Below, in pieces: positions 24,101 through 38,260 of a stretch of DNA of 64,000 nt. The translations under genes were made by a program, and so were the position numbers. This stretch comes from Blasia pusilla (Eukaryota), in assembly GCA_050084515.1 (NCBI GenBank), contig CM114271.1, positions 26,288,001 to 26,352,000 of the forward strand, given 5' to 3'. The notes beneath the pieces are model-generated. The model was given only the letters and a program-made list of their open reading frames with translations. It did not search any database and was not told where the DNA came from. Positions within the stretch are counted from its first letter, which is position 1. Each line of letters begins with the position of its first letter.

Positions 24101-26024
24101 TGATAGATTATTGAATGTTTGAATAAGAGAAGTTTAAGGTAGAGAAAATTATCAAGTCTCCATCATTCATTGTAAATTGGAACTACAACAAATGAGGAGG
24201 CTTAGAGGGGTTTGTTGTAAGCCATGAGCTTAAAACTAAATTCATATATTAGTTAAAGTAAATACATTTATTTAAACATGGTTCTCTATATTTTAATATC
24301 CCAAATGTGTATTCTAATTATCAATCTTTTTCAAATCCACCTACTAATCATGTTTTCATCATTTTTGGAATATGATGACATTATATCGTAGGCAATAGGA
24401 GTGTTTTAATATCGAAAGGCTCTCAAAAGAGTAAATGCATTAGCATGAGCCTCCATGAACAAAATTCATGAAGGCTTCAAGAATGAGCATAGCAAGAACC
24501 ATACAAAGATCAAAACTGATTTTGGTGTTCATATCTTTGTTGCTTGCCACTTGACCTTGAGTGGGCTATTTTTGAATGAGGGAAATTAATCAAGGCTCCT
24601 GAGTAAACTTAATGAGGTGGAAAATGGTTAAAGGGATGCGCACTATGAAGGCATGAATAGAAACACATAAAATGGCACGAGTTATGAATATGCATGCAGG
24701 CATGGTGTCAAAGTTGTCCAAAGAAGAAAGAGATCCTCCACTATGTGTATCAAGCATTTTGGATTTGGTCCCAAAGTCAAGGCTCTAGAGAGCAAGGTTT
24801 CTTTACATTTTTTACGTCTATTTTTTCATTTTAATGGAGTAAATTCAATCCATTCAAATGCTTGTACGTCTGATTAGAACCCATTACAATGGGTAATGGG
24901 TTCTAATTGATGGGTTAGAACCACTCAAACGTACTTCAAGTTGATGGAAATATATAGAGGGTTGTTTGGTACATTCTCTGCATGAATGTCTTGGCATATC
25001 ATTATTGCTTCACATTTCAGAGCCCTATATAATATGAAGACTAATGAAACCAAAATTTGAAGTATTTTTTATCGCTCTTGATTTAAAGGTATTGATTTAG
25101 AAGACTTTGCATCATGCTTTTCATTTGGGCCATAAATTGGAGGAATTAGCGAATGTAACTACTCAAGGTTTGCATAATTTCCTTTGTTATAATCATGTCA
25201 CCTTCAAGCTATTATATCCTCCTCCATTAGTTATGATTTAAAAAATAAATGTATGTAGAAAATGTATTGTAAGACTTTGAGTCCTCATTGAAAACTAAGG
25301 AAAAGTCTAACCCACTTAAGTTTCGAGAACATTTAAACTTTGGGTGGAAAGAACAAGTTTCACAAAAACTATATACCTTTTGGCATGATGAGAGTGGACC
25401 TAGAGGATACCACCCAACAAGAACCTCTATTATGGGAGGCCAATCAAAATAATCATCCTCGCCTAGAAAACTTGGAGATGTAGTTGGGTACTTTATCATT
25501 TGGCTTGAACGAAACTTGTAGAGGTTGATTTAATAGGTAGTATAAATGATGCTTCTCGAGATCCCATGGTAAATTGATAAGAGTAAGGTTAAACAAGATG
25601 ATGGTTTTCTTCATATGAATAGTTTTGTGCATTTCTTTCCTATACATTATGTTTTGGGTGTTGCATTTTGCTGTCAATGACTTGATAGACAATGGTCTCG
25701 TACATAGAAGATAGTCACTTTTTGATAAACTATGATATTTTCAACTTCAATTTAATCACCCTTCATTCACTCCTGCATGTAAATGTTGTAATTTTTTGCC
25801 CACTATTTTGCACGTATGGATTCATAGCCAATATACAAGTCCCATAATCTACAAATATAAATGACTAATATGTGTTTTGCAATAACTACCATGGCAGTGT
25901 AAATAACTTACATAGTCACAATAGACAACACTATACACGACTCGTGCGTAACACATATAATGACAAAAGTAGTTGACAACAGCGACAAAATGACTATAGA
26001 ATGACTTAGAGTGTAATTTATTAT

Positions 26025-26674
26025 CACTACAAAAATCATTCAAAATAATTTTTCAATTTGATTGAGTCATATATTAAAACATCTATATGAGCGCGCAATA
26101 CCATATTACTACAATTATTAACTAAAAAATACTTTGCTATAAGGCTTTGTATGATTCGTCACTATCTTAGTAATAATACCACACTCAAAACTCAAATAAA
26201 GAAGTGGATCATTCAATCCATATCCATTATTTCCTTGCTCATTGGTTCATGGAATCATAATCATACACCACGTCAACATATGACTTATTCGCTAAATACA
26301 TGTGTCAGCATGTGATGGTTAAGGTTGAGGTCTATCGTTTCTTGACAAGTAATCTAGTCAACATGCCATACATTGCAATGATGAGGAAAAGTTCAATATA
26401 ACTAAGTCATTATCTAAACACTTCATTCAATAAGATAGGGTCATGTCGCGTGAAATGCTTATATATCACATCAGATAGCCCTTATGTAAGTCATATGACT
26501 CGTTTAACAAGTTACACACCATTGCGGTCATAAAGAGGTTAGCTAAGTCATATTCGATAAGTGACTTACTTTATATGAATCCATTGCTAATGAGTCGTTA
26601 TGAGTAATGTCTATGCATAAATGATGAAATATACTCACGTATTAAGATCCTAAAATGCCAATTTTCTTATAGTA
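26025..26674. mobile_element. Possible non-autonomous CACTA element
   Basis: Starts CACTACAAAAA, ends ttttcttatagta (degenerate TIR); many internal atgactta/taagtcat motifs in both orientations; TSD imperfect (tat/ttt). Confidence 0.45.
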
Positions 26675-26935
26675 TTTGTATCTTCAAGATTTTTAATCTA
26701 TTTTAGTGATTTCTTCATTTTTTTATTCTCACAAAAGATGCTAATATATGGGTGGGGAGGCTAGTCACCTTCTTGGAAAGCTCTACAAGCATTGTGTTTA
26801 CAGATTTTCATATTTCCATTAAGAAGGCTATGCGCATGAGCTTTACCCATTTTTCATAGAGTTTTCACTAAAAGCGGACTGACATAGGGTAATAGAAGAG
26901 TGTTAAGGAAAAAATATGGGATGCAACACGCATAT

Positions 26936-27763
26936 CGTAACGTCAAGTGTCAAGAGTTAACAAGAATGAGAGAAAATAGATCGATGGTTACGTAAGTATC
27001 GCTTGTAGCAGGGAAAATTAAGGGATTATGACATATGTATAGTTGTTATAGTTAGTTCTGGAATAAGATTTTAGTTAAGAGGCATCATTGGCATTATTTC
27101 CATCATAATATTTGCTCTATGGGAGACAGCCGGACTTAATTACAACGATAATATGTGATCTAACAAAGGTGTTCGACATTGAATACTTGAATGTATGGGT
27201 GTGAGCATGTTAGCAGAGGGCATTTTTTAATATATTTATTCCCATGGATTGAAGAACTTATCTACTGCTTAGCAGAAGGATAGATTGAGAGATTGAGGTA
27301 TGCAACTATTTGTGGAGAAGGTTATCATGGAGGGATCAAGAGTTTCCAACATGGGAATTTGTCTAGTTACAATAGTAGGCACTCGTGACAATAGATCTTA
27401 CCGTAGGACACATAATTTTGCATTTGTACAAGGTGTTAGAAATCCGAGTCCTTCTGCTGGAGGGATGGGATGGTATGCTTGCATCATCTTTACAATTATG
27501 CATAATGCCATCTTTTGAACGTGGGTGAGAGAGTTTATCCAAGTTGGCAGTGGTGTCTTGGGGATTAAGGTGCATGTAAGGTGGATTACAAGCGGTGTAT
27601 CCACCGTGTTGGTAAGTGATATCTTCTTCTAAATATCTTATAGTAGATAGCCCTATGCCTTATACGGAATCTTCTTAAAGAACTTATCTGTCCATCCTCC
27701 ATAGTTTTGAATAATGCTTAAATAACGCATAATTTCTCTTAACTTGACCTCGGGGATGTCACA
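26936..27763. mobile_element. Possible solo LTR
   Basis: cgtaacg start (TG decayed to CG) and cggggatgtcaca end are LTR-like; no TSD and no second copy in the window. Confidence 0.3.
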
Positions 27764-28559
27764 CTTCATGCACTTTTAATACCACGAACGGCTTGCCCTC
27801 CCCCTTATACCCCATTAAATTTTTTTTTTGATTTTTTTGTAGTCGACAAACTATAAATAAAATGAATAAAAAATATCCTTGAATGAAATTTATCGATATA
27901 TGACACTATCTTGATTAATTTTACTGAAAGTTCTTGAAATTTTGGTCGCTATATAACTTGGTATGTACTTTCAAAACTTAAATTTATTTATGTCTTAGAA
28001 TGCCATATTTGCATTAAAAATAATAAATATGGAGATAATAAAAAAATTTTACTTATGAAAATGGAGGTTCCAATCGCCTCGTATGTTCATCTTGTATAGA
28101 TTTGTCATTGGGATGTAAATGCCACACAATATTTTTGGATTAAATATCTACAGTCATTGTCACAAGACATTAAATAGATGTACCCTTTAACTAAATCATT
28201 TGTATCATAAACATATTTCAAATCTTTGATTGGTCGTATCGGCCTAAACCAATTGAACACAACTCTACAAACACATCCTTCTTTATTTGGAGCCATTCTA
28301 TGTTCCAAATCAATAACTCCTCTACATCTACCCCACTTACTACTATACTTATTTTGAATTTATTGTACTCTTCCAATCCAAGGAACTAATCTTGTAAATG
28401 TGCTAGGATTTACTACAAATCTAGTTCTTCTTAGAGGTACATCTTCTTCAAATAATACTTTGCAATCCGCTCCCACATCCAATAAGCAATGAGGAATGCC
28501 ACAAGAAGAAGCTAGTGATCCTCTTACGTTAGTTTGATTATAATACACACTCTGTTTTT

Positions 28560-29535
28560 CCTCTCATCTTCTTCCTCAATCTTTCTTCTCCTCATTCTCA
28601 CATTTGTTTTCTTCCACAATGCCATAAATACCAAAACTTTGTCGAGAAATGTCCTTAGGCCTGATAAACTGAGGGGGACATTTTTCTCCACATCCCCTTC
28701 TAGAGGTTGAATTAAAAATGGAGAATGTCAAATGCGATCTTCCATTGTTTCCCTAATCTTGGACCTAACGTTGAAAGATCTAAACCGTTCACATTAATGT
28801 ATGAATTTGTAGGGACTAGCCCTTCAAGTTTGAGCTTTTTCCGACAGTATAATCTATTGTTGGACGAAGATCAAGGATGAAAACTAAGAAATACCCAATG
28901 CATCGACACTTCCACTCCTCCTCTTTATCTTTTTTCTCCTCATTCTCACCTTTTTTTTCTTCCACAATTCCATAAATATCAAAACTATGTCGGGAAATTT
29001 CCATAGGCCCGATAAACCGAGGGAGGGGGAATTCTCCACATGCCCTTCTAGAGGTTGAATAAAAAATGGAGAATGACAAATGTGGTGTTCCATTGTTTCC
29101 CTAATCATGGATCTTAACTTGAAAGATCTAAACCGTTCAAAATAATGTTTGAATCACTAGGGAGTAGCCCTTCAAGTTTGAGCTCAAACAGACAGTGCAA
29201 TATATTGTTGGACCAAGATCATGGATTAAAACTAAGAGATGCCAAGTGCATAAACACTTTCATTCCTCTTCTTCCTCTTTCTTCTCCTCTTTCTCAATTC
29301 TATTTTCTTCTACAATGCCATACATACCAAAACTTTGTTGAAAAATGTTCTTGGACCTGATAAACCAAGGGGAAAGAAATTTCTCCAATTATCTTTCTAG
29401 AGGTTGAATTAAAAATGGAGATTGACAAATGTGGTCTTCCATTGTTTCCTTAAGCTTAAGTTGAAAGATCTGCACAGTTCAAAATGATGCATGCATCACT
29501 AAGGACCAACCCTTAAAATTTTCGAGCTCTATCCA
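28560..29535. repeat. Diverged tandem repeat, period ~348 bp, ~2.7 copies
   Basis: cttccacaatgccataaatacc-like anchor at ~28611, ~28958, ~29307; tctagaggttgaat.aaaaatggaga occurs three times. Confidence 0.9.
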
Positions 29536-30099
29536 AAGGCTAACCAAGTTTGTATTTTAAGATGAATTTAGGAATTAATCTTGTTTTATTACTTTCGTCA
29601 TAGTTTTAATCTCGGAGCATATATTTTAAGATTAGTAGATTAATAATCTTATGTCGATGGGAAGATCTTCCAAGAGTTGGTTACTTCCCTACTTTTTAAT
29701 ATTTATAACTTTAGAATTTTTTATTGATGTTATATCTATTAGGAAAATATTTTATATATTAATTCCAATATATATATAGACCAATAGGAGAGTGATATGT
29801 GGCAAAGGGGATTTAACCCTACCCTTTTGACTTGGAACAAAAAATTGTACTCTTTTAAAAGATTTGACCCTACCTTGATTACATTAACAACAAAAATCAT
29901 AATAAATCCCTTCCTTGCCTAAGTTCGACTAAATGCTGATTTTTTTCGCCGGTGGCATTGAAATTACCAATAAGTTGGACAAACCAGACTCTTGACTTTT
30001 GAGCTAGTGACATCCCCTAGAACTTGACCTCATGCAAATTTTCTTTAAGGGCTCAAATATCATCCATGAAACCCTCTTCTCAAGATGACAGTTATCTCA

Positions 30100-30720
30100 C
30101 ATATGCTTCATCTACAACTATCTTTGTTGCGTCCATATTTTTTTATTTAGTTGATGAGATATTTTCCCCAACTATGAGCTTGAATCGTGGATTTTAAGGA
30201 CATGATATAGGCTATCCAACACGACATGCCTATCTACACAGTTGTGTTTACAATTTGCAATTACACAAAGCAGAGGAAAAAAGTCAACCTCGAGCCAAAT
30301 ATGGGCACTCACAAAATATTCATTCTCTAATTTCATTACAGACACAACTCCTCAAAGCTCCCTCTTTAGCTGAGGGTAACTCCTTTGTCATTTTGTTAGT
30401 GTGCAAGATCCAAACCTTGTTGAAAACCTTATATTTTTTGCTTCATCTTGCACAAGTGCCTCTCCGAAAGCAATAGGACTAGTATCCACTATGATTATAA
30501 CCCACGGTGACTTCAAGGCCTTCTCTAACAGCATCACCGCTATCCTTCGCTCCTTCTCCTAAGTGACTTTTTTTTCTCAACCACTCATATAAAGGATCAA
30601 ATTTATGGCTCCTAAAGACCTGCTCACGTCAACGACTTTCTCACACTCTCATATCTTAGAGATGTAATCAAACTTTTTTGGGATTCAATTATTAACCAAA
30701 CTCTCCCCAAAGATCATCCA
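30100..30720 (-). pseudogene. Gypsy RT-end/RNase H relic
   Basis: Minus strand IIVDTSPIAFGEALVQD...RFGSCTLTK*QRSYPQLKR. Confidence 0.7.
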
Positions 30721-31859
30721 CTACCACAATCTAAGGAACCTAAAACTACACTTTTCTCGAAAAAGAGTAAGATGTATTTTTTTTAGTCTGGTTAGAATCA
30801 TATCCAAATCACATATATGATTAGATATAAAATTTAGAAACTTGTCATTTATAATCCTTTCATTTATATCTTTTATTGCACATCCTTTTATAGGAATATA
30901 ATCTACAAAATAAATAGTCTTCTCCAGAATGAGCTCTCATAGGATCTCATTCATTGCATTTTGCATCCGAGTAACAAATATTTTACTTAAGAGAATGTGC
31001 ACATTCTTTCAAGCCCAAATGGAGTGTGCGCAGTGGTTATGTCTATACTTTACATAGCCAATTAGAATCCATCACATCTTAAGAGTGAATCTCCTATAAA
31101 AAAGATGACATGGGTTGCAAAAAGCTTTGACAAGTTCAAATAGCCTACGTTCCCATATTTTTAATGGTTAATTACCTCATTGTGTTTAGACAAAAAATCC
31201 TACCTTTGTGGTCTTATAAAAGATCCAATCAAGATGATGGTCTGTAAGTTATGTACGATCTTTGTGATTTTCGGTGTGAAGGTTTATGATGCGTCACTAT
31301 ATATCTTCTTGAAATGTATTTTTCCCCTAGATTTATTTGATGTTATTACACAGCTTTGGTCCCATATTTTTCAATAAATATAAATGTTTGGGCCAATAGC
31401 TTGTCGATGGATATATCTGACGCAACAATGTATTTATTGGGTACATGAATAAGTGTAAGATCTACATCTCATCATAAGGTTTATATGGACAAAGGTAACA
31501 TCAAGGATTATGGACCAGGTTTTGTGATAGATTAGATGAGGCGGTTTGAGGATATTAGGACCCTTGCATGGCGTGATGGAGTTAGTGGTGAAGAGCCCAA
31601 GGAAGCCTAATTGATTATCGCGAAAGATGTTAAACTTAGGATTTGACCACGTCTTACATAATACCTAGGCCATGGTCAAATGGATCAAATCAATTACCAA
31701 TGCTTTCTCTACAGAGTTAATCTAAGATCTTTTGTTATAGCAAAGAAGTGTGATTCAAGGGTGCTCTCCGTAGGAAAGTCACCAAAAGTGAGTGACTTAC
31801 AATGCACATTATTGTACCTACTTGGACAGGAAATATTAATCATCCTCTATTAATGTAAC

Positions 31860-33500
31860 TTTTGTTCAATTGATACGGGTTGTAGTTTCCCAAGACCAAA
31901 TAGATGGTTTGGGAGTGGTGGACCTTCAAGCATATGCCTAGCCACCCCCTCTTTAAAGATCCTTTCAAAGAAAATTGGTAAAGCTTGTGGAAATCATCAT
32001 AGTGTAGAGGGATAAAGAAGTGTTAGTCCATTATCTACTTATGAAAATGGGACAGGGAAATAATTATTGGTGATTCCAAAAGTGTTTTAAATTTTGCATA
32101 TTCGCACGTCCGGGTATCGGTAGAGATGTTTTTTCTTTTGGTGATGGAATCTTGGACCAACCTTCTATGTCGATGAGAGGGAGATAGGTGATTTCCAAAT
32201 TGGTGAAGGAGAGAAATAGTGGAACGAAGTTGAAATAGAAATAATAGGATATAGATTTGAAACATGACAAAGGGGTGGGATTCAAGTTTTTTGGCTTTCC
32301 AAAGACCACACTAAAGCCTCATCAATAATGAACTTTTGCATCTTTGCCCTTATACAACCATTTGGATTTAACTCCATCTAAATCTCTATATATATTGTAT
32401 TCATCAGATGAGTATCTTCTTTGAAGATGTTTTGGACGTTTGTTTTGTTTAGGATTGATAGGCATCATGGCTTAGAATGTTTATACATGCGAGCCATGTT
32501 TCCAAGTAGGAGAAGAAGTGTTGGTAGTATCTATAGTATCATGATGTCAATAGATTTTGGAGATCAATTCTTATCTAGAGGCTATGTTCTGCACTCAAGG
32601 CCTTCGTGATGCAGGATAAGACTTGAAAGATGGGAAAAGACACTAGATGTGAGTAGTCAAGAAAAGGAAAGGAACAAATATCAGAGGAATATTTGTTTCA
32701 TTCATCGAAAATTACAAAATTTTGAAGATGAAGAGTGGGAATGACTGCCAAGTTCACCAAACAGGATAGAGTTGGAGGTAAGTTTAGTAAGAGAAAGTGT
32801 AACTCCCTCTCCCATAAATAGAAAATAGGCATCCTATTTGAGGAACCAATATTATCAATTAAGGATCCAAAATATCCAATCATGTTGAATAAGATAATGT
32901 ATTTGGAAAAAGGATCCCAATTGTGAGATTAGTAGTTGTGAGATTATATCATTTTTCCTAGTTCACAATCCTAGTTTTGATCTTGGAGATAGGCTCCTCA
33001 AGGATATCCCTACTAATGCACATATTGACATATACCAGATGTTAGGGAGAGAGTACGTGTTTCCTATCTTTGGTGAATAACATGTTAATGCATCCGCCAA
33101 CACCAAAGTTTGAGAGATCCTTGAGTCAAGGGGTAGGCTCCAAATCCTTAAGAAGAACAACAAACTCTTAAGGTGAGGGAGAGAAAGATGAAAGACTCTT
33201 TTTGGTATGTTGTTATATTTTTAAGATACTATAACTATTATCTGCCTATTAGGCAAAGACAAGTAGATGTGGTGCTTGTTGTGGATATGAATGGAAATAG
33301 GAATGAATCTCAGTTTGTGGATGCTATGCTCCATACTCTTCAAATAGGAAAGTTAATTTTGTAAGTTCAAATGGAATCCAACTACTCTCTTATTCTCTAC
33401 CCATGCCGCATCATCATCATGATGGAAGGGATAATGCCCAATCCTAGCAACAAAGTATTTATCTCCCGCTTTTGCTTTGCCCTCCAATCTTAAACTAAGC
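31860..33500 (-). pseudogene. Possible L1-like LINE reverse transcriptase relic
   Basis: Only degenerate motif traces (VLADA for FADD at ~33095; LVGISL for YLGIPL at ~33010); heavily decayed. Confidence 0.3.
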
Positions 33501-34029
33501 CTTTTGAGGAGCGGAAAAGCCAAAAGTGCATTGATTTCTCCTCTTCTAAACCCTTTGCCACTTAAACCTTACAATTATGAGCCCAATGTGCAAGAGAAAG
33601 GGGCCATATACGAGTAAAGATATCCCATGCCCATAAGTCATGCTTGGTCCTACTTTGGTTCTCTCTTATTGATGTTGGAACCAGAGGAAACTAGGCGAGT
33701 TAGATAACTACTTGCTAATTTAGGTTTTGAGCATCAAGAATATACATCACTAGACCTATAAGATGAAGCAGCTATTTATAAGGGTGAATTTAAAACTTTA
33801 TTGCATGCAAAAGCAACACTAGGAATGGTTGCAACCTCTGTAGGAGTAGGAGTTTAACAAGCAGGTGTCCTATTGGGAAACCTTACGCATCTCTCGTCAT
33901 ATGTCCTTGTAGTTTCTACATGCATTGGTGGACATTGGAATTCATCCCTTAAGAGAGCATAAAAATTACTTGTCATAACCTTGAGAATCACATATAAGAT
34001 TCTCATCCTACGATGCATATGTGAAAGGT

Positions 34030-37000
34030 TCGGATATACCAGAGTTGAGGATGGTTTTTCGATGAGACGATAGATAAGTTGATTTGCCGCACCACGCGGC
34101 TTGTTGTTGCACAACACACGTCTTAGTGAGAGAGTGTAGATTGAGTGACGCCTGTTCAGTTTGAGTGATTGAGTGATTACTTGCGAGGTTGAGAGTGATT
34201 GTGTGAGAGGGGCATGAAGGTCATCACGGTATCCTTTCAGGACTTTGAGAGGCGAGGTTGTGGACCTAAGAGTAGCTCTAGAGGATTTACCCGGAGTGGT
34301 GCGAGGTTTTGAGAGTCTCCACATGAGAGACCACCTCGATCTCTGTATGTGTCATCTTCAGACGACGGGGAGAGTGTAGAGGAGTGCGTTTGTGATTTGC
34401 AACACATATTGAGTGGTCCTACCAGTTGGGCGTATGAAAAAGACGACCGCGTAGGTTTTCAGGTGTTATAGGCACTCTTGAGTAACACGACTTCATTGCA
34501 GCGTTTAGGAGTTGGTGTGACTCACAACGAGTTTGGACCTATAGAGAGTTCAACCCGTTTAGAGCATGTTCTTGCATTTGGAGGGGGCGCCCATGGATGA
34601 TTACCATGAGTTCTCTCACATATATGCCCAGGAGATCGAGGCATGACGACTCTAATATGAACCATACTATCTGTCATGGACAAAGCCATTCCTAGATGAG
34701 GATAAGTCAGGAGAGGCTACTTCCTCTTTCATCCATGACGTTTTATGAGGGATAACTTGCACTGGAGCAGTTGCACTGTCCAATCAAGTTTTTCCAAGGT
34801 TCAACCCTGTGGTTGAGTTATTTGGTGAGAACTTGCGGAGCATCCACGACTTCTAAAGGTGTCCGGAAGAAAGTTAGCTTGAGGCCTACACTCGCTTACA
34901 CCGGTTAATTAACATCACTCAGGTAGTGACAGAGTCCTAGACTATCCATAAATGGTACGTGATCCTGGACCGGACTCTACGAAGACCTCTCCGAGAGGGG
35001 ATGCTTCTTATGAATACCTCCCCTATGTTGAGAGATTTGTTTAGGACCGTTGACAACATTGAGCACAATATGGTAGAGGAGAGTGTAGCCACCATGAGTT
35101 ATGGGTGAGAGCAGCCATGAGTATCTGCACCACAAATGCAACAACGTGAATTCCAAGATAGGTCCGTGGATATTGGGCGGCCCTGCCATAGAGCTCAAGG
35201 AGGATACAGGGAGGCTGTGCCACAGAGACCTTCGCCCTCATATGCGGCTAAGTTTTTGCTGCCTACGATTATTTTTTGGGCATGTGGTGGAGCCTATCAC
35301 AAGCGTAATTGCACTCGTCAGGGTGATGGACGCGTGCCTCAACCTGGAGGAGGAGATGGTGCTACACTAGGAGATTATCAGTATGACTATTGTCAGAGGT
35401 ACTGTCACACATGCGCCAGGTGTTTCAACTTACACCCTGAGTTACGTCGAGACCGATGGCCAGAGAGGATACCAGAGCGAGTTGCCATCGAGATGGGCCT
35501 AGAGGTCGTGCACCATGTGGTCCCGTTGGGGGACAAGGAGGTGGAGTTGTCCGAGGGGGTGGTGTAATTGCCCATGGAGGAGGTAGAGTTAAACCGCTAA
35601 GACGCAACGAGGGGGACATCAGGCGTGAGGAAAGGATGGCTGCTCATATACAACAGCTAAAGTAGCAGATTACTGCTCTAGTATTGAGGTTACTAGGTGC
35701 CGAATCCGTGGCATCGACGTCTTATGGAGCAGCCGGAGATATGGAGGATCTTGGCAAGATGTGTGGGGTTGCCAAGATGGAGGCTTCCGCAGTTCTTACA
35801 TGTGGAGCAGCCGTAGAGTTTGGTCCACAGTGAGGGAAAGCCTGGAAAAAGACTTGGCTTCCTGAGTCCTTCACGTTGTTTGATGAGATGAGGACTCCAT
35901 CGATGGGTCCTGATCAAAGATCTCGCAGAGTTGGTGATGTTGTTGGTATGCATGTAGGGAGGGCAATAGGAGAAGGAGGTGCAACGACTCCTATTCCTGA
36001 TGCTCAAGAGGAGCATGTGTCGAACACGTTGATGGGGGTCGCCACGATGGTGTACTGTGCTCCTTTATTTTCTTCTTCCGATGTTATGACATTGGAAGGT
36101 ACGCCCACCAAACTTTTCCGGTTGGCCGCTATGCTATGTGAGCGTGGTGTTGGTATTCTTACGTCCCTCTCAAGGATGATTGGAAAGGAGGTGATGGACC
36201 TGCCCTTGGAGCGTATGCTCAGGTTGTTCGCGTCAAATTCATGGTGGGTTGCGTTTGCTAGGATGGCGGAGATGCCCGCTAGACCCACAATAGAGCATGC
36301 TATGGATTCTTCTTGTGTTGTATGGCTGGATAACCAGGGAGAGGTCTTCATGTTGGTGAGTCCAAGAGGTAGAGTTTTTAGACCGTAGGACGTCTTGTTG
36401 GATTTTCTTTTTAGAGCGCAACCCCTGATGTTGGGGAAAGCGACATTAAGAGGATTGGGCTTGTCGAGAGCTGATGTCGAGCGTTGTCCTTTCCTCATAC
36501 AGACATCCTTGGGTGGAGTGACTACCACATACTATATCACCCGACATGAGGTCGTGGTGAGGATTATCTCGAGACGTCCTACAAATGAGTCTATGGTGCA
36601 AGCCAAGGCGATAGTGACCGATGCCGAGTCCTTTGACGTCTTGGTTGATGAAGTAGTATTATACCGGATGGGGTTTTATGTGGATTATTGGGACGAGTCA
36701 ACATCCTACAGACAAGTATGGCAGTCAGGTGATGGGCGCCTTAGCCTATTGCCCCTTTCATTCATCCGTTGAGTGATCAAGCAATGGCCAGGAGAGATGG
36801 CGACCTTAGGAGCATTTAGCAGCGCAATCACTTGGCCTAGTGATTTGATTGAGGGATATGCCCTTATAGAGTACACTCATGTTCGTGACATTTCTATGGA
36901 GAGGAGTGTCATCGTAGCCGCATCATTCCACGGAGGAAAGGTGTTGCTTTGGGGCTCAACTGCACGAGCTTCGACGCTTAGCCGTTGAGCATGTCCAGAC

Positions 37001-37728
37001 CGCGTGGAGTGGGATGCTTGCACCAAAGCGGGACGGTTAGAGGAACCTGAGGTAGCTAGGAGTGCTACTATGACTCCTTTGGACACCACCCCGATTGTGT
37101 GGTGCATCCCACAGGAGAGTCTTTGCGTGCTAGATCTCTTTGGAGGGATTAACATTGGTTTAGCTGATGTTTTGCAAGCAGGAGTGCGCGTGCAAGAGTA
37201 CCTATACATGGAGATTGATGATATTGCAAGGCACACTTCACTTCACCATGTGGCTAAGTTATGGCTGTGATTTCCTTCCTTGTTGTTTGCGTCCGCCGTC
37301 TAGGGATACCAAAGTTCCCTACCGAGGGATATTTCCTTGTTGGGGGTGCTCGACTTGGAGTGGTTGGATAGGGACCATAGATTTGGTCATTGCAGGTAGG
37401 CTGTCTCAGGGCAAATTGAGTGTTGGATGAGGTAGCAGGTTAGCTAACACTCTATTTAGGTTGTTTCGGGAGAAGATCCAGATTTTGCGACGCTCGTAGG
37501 AGCACCAATCACGTTGATTAGGAGTGGCACTATGGGGGATAAGCATGAGAGAGCATTTTAGCTGCTCAAGGACCGATTGACATCCGCCCCCATAATGAGG
37601 AGACCAATCACGGGGTGTCCTTTCTAGTTGCATAGTGATTGGAGCATGTTGGGGCTTCGAGCCGTACTCACCCAACATGACGATGATGGTTGAGAGTTTG
37701 TGGTGGCTTGAGCTAATCTTTCAAACAA
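34030..37728 (+). mobile_element. DNMT-Gypsy copy 2, 5' part (UTR, gag, protease, N-half of DNMT, deletion, start of RNase H)
   Basis: Colinear with copies 1 and 3. DNMT LCVLDLFGGINIGL...YMEIDD...IDLVIAGRLSQG at ~37120-37505, then a jump at ~37515 to the RT end and RNase H. A1 is missing. Confidence 0.9.
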
Positions 37729-37849
37729 AATTTTCGTATAGTAAAATCATCCAGTGTGTAAACTCCTGTCTCTTTCAATATTAGATAGATTTTTATTAGT
37801 ATCAAGTAAAATAGCTCAAAAAAAAGGAAATTCCCATGTTTAAACCTCT

Positions 37850-38260
37850 TTATGGGTCCAGAAAGGAGTTAATAATTTTTGGGCATTTGCTTACAAGTCC
37901 ATTTTGCATGAAACTTTACTAGAGTTTAACATGCACCTTGGAGAACACGTGGCATAAATTCCAATTCAAAATGTGAAAGTTGGACAAGATGAAAAATAAA
38001 AAAAACCCAAACCATTTTGGTCTCATCGTTCGGGTCCAAAATGGACTTGCCACTTTTTGAGCTTGTGGTCCCAACTCCATTTTGCTTTAAACTTGCCAAG
38101 AGTGTTAGATGCACCTTGGAAACCATGTGGGCTAAATTTTAGCTCAAGATGGAAACGTTGGACAAGATGTCCGGTTAAAGACCATTTTTTTTCATTCAAG
38201 GTTATGTCCTTCGGGTCCAAAAGGTCATTTTAAACTTAATTTGGGATGAGACTTTGCCAA
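37850..38260. repeat. Diverged ~180-bp tandem repeat, ~2.2 copies
   Basis: gggtcca anchor at ~37854, ~38032, ~38213; atgcaccttgga and gttggacaagatg are repeated. Confidence 0.75.

Noticed and set aside
28560-29535. CRISPR-like array
   Set aside because: Units are ~348 bp and homologous throughout, with no unique spacers; the context is eukaryotic.
29801-29919. 119-bp segment with imperfect terminal inverted repeats (ggcaaaggggattta / taaatcccttccttgcc)
   Set aside because: Imperfect TIR, no TSD and a single copy; too weak to call a MITE.
33854-34324. 156-aa minus-strand ORF and other long antisense ORFs over the elements (11258-11782, 36004-36528, 52725-53231)
   Set aside because: Shadow frames of GC-richer retrotransposon sequence, with no motifs of their own.
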